Assembly (NCBI GenBank): GCA_048213135.1 | Contig: PS015016.1 | Span: forward strand, 80,340-144,339 | Reading direction: 5' to 3' | DNA: 64,000 nt | Source: Reclinomonas americana ATCC 50394 | Lineage: Eukaryota | Part shown: piece after piece, positions 1 to 10,868 of the stretch | Numbering within the stretch: the stretch's first letter is position 1 | How the letters are laid out: every line of letters begins with the position of its first letter | Program-made: the position numbers and the translations under genes | The notes under the pieces: generated by a model | What the model saw: the letters and a program-made list of their open reading frames with translations, nothing else | Database searches by the model: none | What the model was told of the DNA's origin: nothing

Positions 1-174
1 CCTGCGCGCTAACGTCCTGCACACAAAGTGCGTCTTGCCTACCGAACAACAGTGCGGTACTGCGTTCTGACTGCACAGCGCCTGCAATTGCAACATGCAT
101 TGCACTTGGGTGAGAAATCGGTCTCAGATCAGCAGAATGCATGTGTCGACTGACTCTGTTGTGCCATAATAGCG

Positions 175-2502
175 CTATTCACAGTCTGCCCTTCTCTTTT
201 CCACATAGTGATACACGACGCAACATGCTATGGCATCAAGGATTCTGACGTGATCTGATAACGCCTTCAACGCCGTTTTTTCGGCCGTGAACGCGCCAAT
301 CTTCGTCCTCATCAACATGCACCTGGTGCATTCTGCACCGCCGCAGTTGAAGACACGGTGGCGATGATCAATGTCGGAGCTGACGCCTGACGACGTCAGC
401 AGTGCATCCAGCAGTGCACTGGACTCTTCCTTGGCAGTAAACAGTGNNNNNNNNNNNNNNNNNNNNCACGTGTCGACATCTCCTGACTCGCCGCCGAGAA
501 GAGTGCCGCAAGTTTCAGTGCAGAGCCAACCAACACTGATGAGCATGTGAGCCAACCAGCCTCTGGCACAAGTACTCGCAGCGCAAGTCGTTGATCAGTG
601 TGGGTGAGCGTAGCAGCACGAGAGCGCAACTGCGTGCGCATGCGCACAGTGGCGGTGGAAGTGCAGTCTGCAGTGGACCCGCCTGATTGCAGTTGAGTGT
701 CGGTGGCAGTGCCGTCCAGACGAGTTGACGTCTTCTCGTCGATGAACACGGAGCACTCATCCACCAGTCTCCCAAACGACTCGCGGATCACATCATGCGC
801 ATCGCGTCGTGGTGCACCACCACCAGCTGCCACTGTTCTTCCAGCGCCAATTGCAACGTAAACGACATCAGTCGATGATGCATGTGGTGGTGCTGCAGCA
901 GATGCGGAACGATCGCGAGGCTGCATGTGAGACGCTGACCCCAACTGCATACGATACGATGTCCACATCCTAAACAATTGGTCATAGCAATGCCGAAGGC
1001 GCATAACCTGTCTGTCATCCTCATTCCGAGTAAAAGGCGGGAGTGTCGGTGCCGTGACGCCGTCACCACTCCCACACACATCATTCTCGACTGCCACAAG
1101 ATAAGCACGTGCCCTCGTCAAGACGATGCCGTTGCAGGCGATAATACGACCTGGCGGCAGTGGCAGCGTGTCATCAGCTGCAGGTGGTGGTGAGGCCAGC
1201 CATTTTTTCTCCTCGAGCTCGACTCCGCATTCACCACCACCACCACCACCATCCGGCGNNNNNNNNNNNNNNNNNNNNGGATCCAGATGCGGAAAAGCAT
1301 CGGATGCAGTTATCGATCTGCTTCTTCACGTGCAGCAGTTCCCGCGCGATCGTCGCCGTTTCGTCACACAACGACCCGAGAGAGAATGCGTTCCTCTCGC
1401 CATCCCGCGCAAGCATCTGCAAGTGCGCCGACACGCCTCCATGCGTCACGCGCACGACACCGTTCGACAAGGTACAAGGCACGATGCTCGCCAGTGCGTC
1501 CAAGTAGCTCAACCAGCACTGCAGGTCCACCACATCCTCCTCTGGATCTGCCATACTTTTGGCGGCAAGCACCAGGGTGCTGAACTTGTTGCGCAGCTCT
1601 CGGCGCAGAAGATTGGCGAAAAGCATCAGCCTGTCAACCGCATCAACCTCCTGTCGCAATAGCTTGCAAGGCAACGAGAAGTCGTAGTCGTCGCCGCCAT
1701 TGGCCACTTCCGCCAGCAAATCTGGCAGCAAATGATGTTGTAGGCAAACAACGATACACACACTAACTGGAATCGAACACAACAAACCAGCAGGAATGAT
1801 GGCATGCAAAGGGCAATACGCGAGCGCCGCTCGCAGTGAGCGCTCCAGTCCAAGTCGTCGTACACCACCACCAGAGGCACCGGCGTGTGCTGCTGCGCCG
1901 CCGGATCCATGCTGGACGTCACCGGCCGTACACAGCTGCAGCAAATAGTCGACGAACCCAGCGGCAGTGAGATGCGCCTGCATCGACGATGGCTTTGCAA
2001 GGCGCATGTTGGTGGTCGCCACGTTTTCCATTAGCACACGGCGCTGCTGACAGGAGACGCCATCCACTGGAGACGACGACGGCGGCCGCGGCGTCCCCGA
2101 GCTGCAGTACTGTCGTGCCGTATGAACAACGACGGAGAGTATCTCAGACACCGCGTCGTCGAGTGCCTTCTCCGCTGCATGCATGCTCTCCTCCAGCGAC
2201 TCTGCATCACACGTCGCTGACCGTGACAGGTCGGCCGCCGTAGCGTGGGCAGCCCGTGCGAATTCTGGCGAGACGTACTTGGTGGCGGTCACCTGAGTTC
2301 GAATACCACATGAAGCCGCCTCACCAGCGGCGAGTGCTGCTGGCAATTCAACCAGCCACTTGTCCTCGCGGTGCTCGACATCCACAGCGGCGGCACCAGT
2401 TGCACTTGCTATCGCTTGAGAGAAGCTGGCCGCGTGGTGGTGTTGGAGCGCAGTCCGAGCGATTCGTTCCCGTCGCGCACTCATCGCGACACATCTACTC
2501 AT
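175..2502 (-). CDS. Hypothetical protein(s), probably spliced; interrupted by two N gaps
   Basis: Long minus-strand ORFs 1231-2502, 396-1121 and 175-555 with helical, protein-like composition; no family recognised. Confidence 0.4.
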
Positions 2503-2679
2503 CGCATTGGCGACTGGGACGAAGGGTGGGAGGAGAAGTCAGCGAAGAAGCAGAGTGATAACGGCGACGACAGATGGAAGACACTGTCAAGTGCGAGCAC
2601 CATGCAGTGTCATGAAGAAGCGCCAGAGAGACCACCACCAAGACAAATGCAAGCACATTCCCCACCATCGATAACAACA

Positions 2680-3180
2680 ANNNNNNNNNNNNNNNNNNNN
2701 NNCAATAACAGCAGCAGCTGCAGCAACAACAACAACAGGTACAGCAACAACAGCAACAATTGCAACAGCAAACACACCAACAACCATCCACAACAACACA
2801 ACCATGGTACCACCATCACCGACAACAACAACACCAACACTACAACCAACAGCAATAGCAAAACGACCAACAAGACAACAACAACAAAAATGAACAGACT
2901 ACAACAAGAGAAAACAACAACCGATCAAGAGTCTTAATAACAATTGTACAAGAACAACAACAGCATCAACAACAACAACAAGAGCAAACAACTACAGACC
3001 GCATCGTGGCACTGGTGTACCAACACAATGCATGTGCACCACCAAACGACGTAAACACAAACAACAATAACCATGATAGAAGAGCATGCACCCACACCGA
3101 CTGCACTGATATTCGAATGATAACACATCGTAGCACACAATGGACAGCACCAAACACCAACACCAACACCAATACAAGCA
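2680..3180. repeat. CAA/ACA-rich low-complexity tract
   Basis: Runs of caacaa/aacaac/accaac directly visible. Confidence 0.7.
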
Positions 3181-3776
3181 AGGATAGCGTTGACACACAA
3201 TCCCCATAACAGCTAGCTATAGCTGCTTCTAGTTGAAGAAGGCACAGGAGACTTGTCACTGTGTACATGTGACAACAGGAGAAGAGAATGGGAGAAGGAG
3301 TGACAGTTGTGAACTCTCTGCGCCAGTCCCCATCGATAACTCACGCACATCTGTACGCGGCAAGTTGCACCGGCCTCGACAGTGTCACCTTGTCGGCGGT
3401 GTTGGCACCTTTGTCGCCGCTGCTGCTGCTACCGCTACCGCCATCCACCGTCACGGCCACGGGCGTTCGTGTACCCGACGCCGACTCGAGCGCAGCAGCA
3501 GCTGCAGATCCGCTTGCACTGGTACCATCAACGTCCATGATGTGCTCGTCCTCACCACCACTTCCCGCAGCAGTGTAGGATGGTACTTGTTGTGCANNNN
3601 NNNNNNNNNNNNNNNNNNNNNNNNNNNNNNNNNNNNNNNNNNNNNNNNNNNNNNNNNNNNNNNNNNNNNNNNNNNNNNNNNNNNNNNNNNNNNNNNNNNN
3701 NNNNNNNNNNNNNNNNNNNNNNNNNNNNNNNNNNNNNNNNNNNNNNNNNNNNNNNNNNNNNNNNNNNNNNNNNNNC

Positions 3777-4703
3777 TTGCGACGACGACCCTGGCGGTGA
3801 CGGTCCGAGTCCACGTGGTGATGTTGACGACGATGGCTGTGGTGACGATCCCATGCTTTCACATTCGGGTGTGGATGCTGAGATTCTTGAGGGCAGTCGT
3901 GGTGGNNNNNNNNNNNNNNNNNNNNCCACCCATTGGTGCGACATACGCCTTGCAGATGCACCACATCGTCATGGGCGATGTGGTGCGAAAGGCGACTCAA
4001 CCGATCCTGCAGTCCCTCGTTAGTGACTGCGTTGCGCGGTTGTGCGTGCGCGATGCCGAAGAAAATGGCAGAAAGTCACTCGAAGAAGAACTGAAAATGA
4101 CTTTCACCACTCTTGCAACTGATACTGCGGAGTGGCTCTTGTTGTCGCCGACGGCAATGCGGATGACGACTGCATCTGATGCGCACTCCTTGGCAAACGC
4201 CGTGCTCAACGCTGTCAGCACTACAATCANNNNNNNNNNNNNNNNNNNNGACGAGCAGATGCTTGGCGAGGACCGCGTCAACCGCTACCTAAGGTCTGCA
4301 GCATCTGTTCTTGACAGTGCGCAGGCACGATTAGGTAACTTTGCTTTCTGTTAGAAGAAGCAATCCTGCAGCTGCTGCAAGCATGCGCATAATGATTACT
4401 CATCATTTTCCACCGTCACCAACACAGAATCTGCCATCGGAAGTTTCACCTACCGATGCAAGCAAAAGCTCGAAAACATGGTGGAGGAGGACAAGAAGAA
4501 GGCTGCCACCGACGACGACGGCAGCCACACCACCGCAGACACGGCTGCGAACCCCGACCCGGATGTGGAGACAGCGGCTGCGAGTGCAGAAGCTGATCGA
4601 ATCGCGGTACTCGTGGAGGATGCCGCGTCCATGCTGATGCGGGCGCAGGCAGAGGAGCCAGAGGAGTCGGACGTCAGTGTCGCTGATGAGCCTGAAGAAG
4701 ATG
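3777..4703 (+). CDS. Hypothetical protein fragment (acidic C-terminal part)
   Basis: Open frames joined by a GT-AG intron at about 4336-4427 (tta g|gtaact...acacag|aa tct); both ends fall in or near gaps. Confidence 0.4.
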
Positions 4704-4913
4704 GTGAGTCGATGCATGATATCGATTATTACTTTTCGTGTTGTTTTGCACCTCTGACACGATGNNNNNNNNNNNNNNNNNNNNGACGTCACGCCCATCA
4801 GTAGGTGGTGAGTGCCACCAGACGCCGCATCTCATCACTGAAAAACGCACACACACACACACACATAAAGGTCAGATCGCACGATACCAACAATAACAAT
4901 CATAATTACAAGC

Positions 4914-7761
4914 TCACACTAACACACCTCGCATTGTGTGACAGACTCCCGACAATGCCATAGACATATTGGCGGCCGCATTCATCACATCAAGCAATGC
5001 TGATGAAACACGGGCAAGCCGGCGCCGAAGTTGCCGAGCCAGCTCCAGTTCAGCAGCGTCGTCACCTGCCATGTCCTCCTCCGCATCCGGATCCAGTACA
5101 CGTCGTGCTTGATCTATTTCTGAGAGAAGAGTAATTGCGATGCGTGTGCATTCAGCGTCAATGTCCACGCCGGGAGGCGCTTGGCCGTAAGCATCGATGG
5201 CCTCGCATATTGCTCCATTGAGTTGGAACTCAATAGTGTCTATACATGCACAATAATGTCAGTTAGCATGCTGGTAGCGCTGTCGACAAATATAAATACG
5301 CAAAGAAGGATAGACTACAAACCATCCACCTCCTTTTGCCTTTGCTTTCGACTCTTGCCCCTCCTTTTCTTGCCATTCTTCTTGCCAGCACCACCGTCAC
5401 TCGCTGTTGCTGATTCTGTGTTGTCGAGTACGTGTGTATATTGCATGCGTCAGTCATCTTATTGACAGTTCTCACGATGTGCATGAGAGAGAGTATCCGC
5501 GCTGCAAAAATACACTCACCATCTTCGTCAGCGCTATTGCCGTTGTCTTGCTCATGGTCACCACCGCGGCCGCCGGCATCTGCGTCTGTACACGGTGCAC
5601 CGGTGGTTTCTGATCGCATCAGATATCGATATTGCAGCCAGCTGCACATCAACACGGCCCCACAGCAGCAAGTTCTCACCATGACCAATCTCGTGCGTCC
5701 CCACGCTGATACCAACAAAGGTGCCGGCATGTTCCTGAGCAGCAGCACTTCCTGCTGCTGTCTCGATCATGTCATGGTCAGCAACTGCACNNNNNNNNNN
5801 NNNNNNNNNNGGAGTGCAACTGTGGCGATAATCGCGCTTGTCGCGGCTGAAATACGTTCACGGCAATGCCCCAGGAGGTGGAAGAACGTGCAGGCATTTC
5901 GCCAGAACCCAGCAATTGTCTGCCTACTTTCGTTGGCGACGCGCGAGGCCACCACCACGTGATTGCTGGTAAACTTGTCGTGCTGCCGCAACTGTTGCGC
6001 ATGCACGCCTCCTGCAGAAGGTTGTCCGCCTGCCACAGCTGCTGGTGTTGCAGTGGGTGCGGCGACTGCCATTGGTGCTACGGTGGGTGGATCTGCTGAG
6101 CCACTAGCCACGTGCTCAGGTGCTGCAGTGGGTGGATCGGAGCCACTGGCTATGGGCCCGGGCACAGGTGCTGCAGATGATCTCGTCCGCTGTGGCGCCT
6201 CCAACAAGTTGCGCGCCTCCTGCATGCACGCAACGTTTACCCCACCCAGTGAAGAAAACAGATGTCAGACTCTTGCCAACTGACGAAAAAGAAGTCCAGA
6301 GAGACGCACATCACACCACTTCTCGAGAGCAGCAGCGTTTGTGGCGCGAGTGGCCTCGTCTGCGCCAAGAAGCTGCACGGGGATTGATTCTGCGGCATGA
6401 ACAATGCTGCGAATTTCACCCGGTCCGGTGCCAGTTGTGCCCTCTGCACCGAAGACCTCTCCCACTCGAAAGACCAAATTCACAGCTCTAAAAAAAAATG
6501 CAGGCGAGGAGTCCGGCATCCTGGCAGTCGTGGAATGCCGCTCCAGGTATTGTTACCCTCCCGCCCTTACCACCAACAACAACAGTCAATCGCAATTGCA
6601 TTCGATCATCTGCATGCAGCGACTTTCGCAAAGTCGATACGCACCGTGAGCACCAGTGGTTTATCGGTGGCACCGGCTCCGCAGTCGTCATCCTCATCTT
6701 CTTTGTCACTGCCGGAGTCGGAGTCGTCATCGCGGTCGAACTCGAAATGCGCACACAGCTGTGAATGCTCCTCGAGCTCGCTCGCAGAAGCGGCTGCTCC
6801 GACATGGCCGCCGCCACTGCTGTTGGAGACAACTGCAGCAGTCGACGATGCGTCCATCGGCTGCAGGAGTTGTATATATGGCGATCGACACAGTGTGGGC
6901 GACGCAACGTCGACAGTCAAATGGACAGGGAAATGACAACACACCGAGTGGTCGTGCCCGGTAGTAGAAACATCAGGGTGCTGGTGCTGGACGCCTCTGC
7001 CTTTTCCTCTTGTTCCTCTCCGAGTTCGTCGAGCAGGTGCAGGTGCAGGTGCATCGTGCAGACGCTGCGAGTCATCGACATCCGCCGGCTGTGGCGCATG
7101 CGCAGCACTGGCAGCAGCGGTGCTCGCCTTCTTTGCCACAGCAATGCAGCGTGAGTGTTTTCCATGAATGATGTGCCCAGCAGCCGCTGCGACATACCTT
7201 CTCGGCTTTCGGCACTGCGACTGACTTGGCACGCTTCTTACGAGTCGGAGTCTTTTCATCGGTGATCTTGATGGCAATTCCCCCACCAGCAGCTGCGCCC
7301 CTCTGCGACGCAGAACGCTCACAAGCCGCGCGTCGCACTCGCTGCAGCATATCATGGTCTCTCCGATCTTTTGATGCCGCCGAATCGTGCCCTTGGTGCC
7401 TGTTTGTTTTGTGCGCGTCACGTGAGTGAATTCGAGATTGCACGCACTGCGCACGCGCGCGCGGTGCATCTGCAGGAGCGATGGCTCACCTGCCATTGTC
7501 GGAGAATGCACGCATAGCGGGGACACTACCCGTCTCCGCCTCAGCAGCGCGCGCGACCGCTGATGCCAATGGAGGCGGAGTTTGCTGTTCACCATCCAGC
7601 AAGGCGTACAGGTTCGAAATCTCGCCATTCTTGTGCCGCCGCATAGCCTCGAATTTCAGCGTGCAGCCATCCTTTGGTTGCACTTCGACTGCTGTTGGCG
7701 GCGCACCATGCGCACCACGCACGCAGTGCTCCACAGAATGTTGACTGCAATTGCAACGCAC
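4914..7761 (-). CDS. Series of minus-strand ORF fragments; hypothetical spliced gene or degenerate element
   Basis: Co-oriented ORFs 7486-7761, 6606-7628, 6237-6449, 5767-6225, 5263-5748 and 4914-5168; no recognisable domain. Confidence 0.2.
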
Positions 7762-8333
7762 AAGAGTTGTGTGAGAACGAGAAATTGCCGTACGTGTGGC
7801 CCACCCACATGCACAGATTCAGCGCAACACGTACCTGCACTTGCCACCCGTGCGTGAGAGCTTGTCTTTCGTCCTGAGTCGCTGCACACGCACACGTTGC
7901 CACTTCACAGTTGGCAGGTTGTGTCGTCTACGTAGACGTAATCGCAGCCATGCATGATTAATTGCAGTCCCTGNNNNNNNNNNNNNNNNNNNNNNNNNNN
8001 NNNNNNNNNNNNNNNNNNNNNNNNNNNNNNNNNNNNNNNNNNNNNNNNNNNNNNNNNNNNNNNNNNNNNNNNNNNNNNNNNNNNNNNNNNNNNNNNNNNN
8101 NNNNNNNNNNNNNNNNNNNNNNNNNNNNNNNNNNNNNNNNNNNNNNNNNNNNNNNNNNNNNNNNNNNNNNNNNNNNNNNNNNNNNNNNNNNNNNNNNNNN
8201 NNNNNNNNNNNNNNNNNNNNNNNNNNNNNNNNNNNNNNNNNNNNNNNNNNNNNNNNNNNNNNNNNNNNNNNNNNNNNNNNNNNNNNNNNNNNNNNNNNNN
8301 NNNNNNNNNNNNNNNNNNNNNNNNNNNNNNNNN

Positions 8334-9807
8334 GGCGGCGGTGCCAAAGTTCTGCGGAATCGTCCACTGCAGGAAGATGTTGTTGAGGCCGTACTGCGTC
8401 ACCACCAGGTTGGTCGGCGGGCTCGGCATGACACCGGTGGAAGCCGGAGTGGTGAAGTTGATGGCAGTGCTGAACATGCACGTCACCGGGTTGGCGGTGG
8501 TGCCAGCCGTGTTGAAGGGCGAGGTCGGGAAGGCAATCGAGAACTGGGGGCGCAGCCGGCACGGAGCCGTTGTTGTCGGTGGTGGTCTGGATGGAGCCGG
8601 CCGCCGAGGCAGTGGTGTTGTTGTTCACAGTGACGCGGATCTTGGTCGTGTACTGCGTGGCAGCCACAAAGTTGTTGGCGGTGCCGCTCACAGTGAAGCC
8701 GGTGATCTGCTGGTAGAAGCCAGAGTTGTACGAGAACAGGCCGTAGAACGAAGTGGCGAGCGTGCCATTGCCAGTCGCACCGGTGGTGATGGCAGGCTGG
8801 TCAGTGTTGGCGTTGGTCACCGTGTAGGCGGCAGTCGGCGCAGCGGTGGTGTCGCCCGTGCCAAAGGTGGCCGGGTAGCTGAAGGCGACGACAAACGACG
8901 TCGAAGTGACCTGGTCCACAGAGCCAGTGTACGGAGCCACCGTGTAGCCAGTCGGCATGGCCGGCGCACCGGACGCCAGGGTCACCGTCACGGCAGTCGA
9001 GAAGGTCAGGTTGGCACCGTTGGCGCCCGGAGTGCCGCTGCCGTTGTTGTAAGCAGTCGAGATGGCGCAGCTGGTGCCAGTCAGGCCAGTGACCTTGACG
9101 AGCACGCGGTTGCGCGACGTGCCAGCGCTGCCGGCCGGGATGCCAAAGTCGGTCAGGTCGGTAGCGGTGGTGGCCACCGTTACCGCACCGGTGCCGCAGT
9201 CCGACTTGACGTACCACGACGGACCAGCGCCACCAACAAGAATCACGCCCACATTGGCCGCCACACCCTCCCACTCCACCCACGCCGAGGTCGACGTGAC
9301 GCAGCGCAGGTTGGACGACAGCGTCGGCGCCGCAGTCGACACCTTGGTGGCATCGGTGCCGCTGGTGGTCAGAGTGCCGCTCCAGGCCGTGGCCGAGCGG
9401 TTCACCTGCGACTCAGTCCACACGTTGATGGTGTAGTCCTGGCCAGTGGTGGCGTCAGCGGCGGCGAGCGTGCCGATCGTGTAGCCGCGCCACGTGCCAG
9501 ACGACACGTTGGTGGCGGTCGTGGTGGTGGGACCGTTGGTGTCGCCGATGACGAACGCGCGGTAGGCGGTGGTGCCGGTGGTGAGGTTGGTCGTCTGCTG
9601 CACAGTCAGCGAGGTGTTGATGTCCTGGAAGGTGCTNNNNNNNNNNNNNNNNNNNNGGCAGTGGCACCGACGGCAGAGTTGGTGGAGAGACCGCCCTGGT
9701 TGACAAGGTCAGTCGGCAGCTGCAACCAGATGGCCATGGTGGCCTGGGTGCTGCCAATGTAGTAGATGGCGTTGGAGCCGGCAGTGGCGGCCCACGGGCT
9801 GTTCAGG
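8334..9807 (-). CDS. Thr/Ala/Gly-rich beta-sandwich (fibronectin type III-like) surface or secreted protein, partial
   Basis: FN3-like segment PSPPTNLVVTQYGLNNIFLQWTIP; strong GC3 codon bias; one-base frame break at the G5 run 8546-8550; both ends in N gaps. Confidence 0.6.
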
Positions 9808-10261
9808 NNNNNNNNNNNNNNNNNNNNNNNNNNNNNNNNNNNNNNNNNNNNNNNNNNNNNNNNNNNNNNNNNNNNNNNNNNNNNNNNNNNNNNNNNNNNN
9901 NNNNNNNNNNNNNNNNNNNNNNNNNNNNNNNNNNNNNNNNNNNNNNNNNNNNNNNNNNNNNNNNNNNNNNNNNNNNNNNNNNNNNNNNNNNNNNNNNNNN
10001 NNNNNNNNNNNACAGCTGGAACGAGAACGCCGCACCAAGGACATGCCTGAGGAATGATGAAAGAGTGTCGACTTCGATCGCGGCCGCGAACTAGGGGTAC
10101 GGCAGCACCCCAGAAGCCAATGTTGGGAAGCACCCCGTCCCCTTCTTTTTCTGGTCGACAGTACCCCGCACCCGGTGGGCAAAAAAAAGACTGCACCCCC
10201 CCCCCCCGCTCGCGCGCGACAATGATTGTTTGTTCGCCCCCTTCTGCTTGCTCTCCGCAGA

Positions 10262-10724
10262 ATGACCAAGATCTCCACACACGTTCTCGACATCTCCCGC
10301 GGCTGCGTGGCACGCGGCATTCGCGTAGACCTCGAGCGAATGGATTCCTCTGGCGCCTCCTCTTCTTCTTCTTCCTCCACTGGTGATTTCGTGCTGGTCG
10401 GCAATGGAGTCACCGACGACGATGGTCGCGTGCGTGTGTGGAAGGGCGACAGCAGCGAGGCCGGCAGTGGTGCTGCAGGTTGCGTTTTCTTTCCCACCCC
10501 TCTGTGCATTCGTTTGTGTGTGTGTGTCGGCATTGATGACGATGCTGATAGATGGAACGACGTATCGCCTGACGTTCCACACGGGTGAGTATCTGGCGGC
10601 GTACGTGGAGCGCCCGTTCTTCCCGATTGTGCAGCTGGTGTTTGTGGTGCCGAATGGGCAGCAGCACTATCATGTGCCGCTGCTGCTGTCGCCGTTTGGA
10701 TACTCGACCTATCGGGGATCGTAG
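10262..10724 (+). CDS. uraH: 5-hydroxyisourate hydrolase (transthyretin-related protein), one intron 10479-10551
   Basis: N-terminal ISTHVLD, TDDDGR, HYHVPLLLSPFGYSTYRGS with the diagnostic C-terminal YRGS. Confidence 0.95.
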
Positions 10725-10868
10725 TGCGATGTCGCAGCGATGGTTGTTTGCTGCTGCTGTGGTGACGCGTCGAATGCAACAATTCACTGTTTTCACTTGT
10801 GTGCTTTTTGACAATGGGGATGGCGATGAGAGACTGTCTTGTGTGTTGTTTTTTCCCTTCTTGTTTGC

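Noticed and set aside
7954-9762. Long plus-strand ORF antisense to the FN3-like gene, and other long overlapping ORFs
   Set aside because: Shadow ORFs arising from high GC3 and N runs
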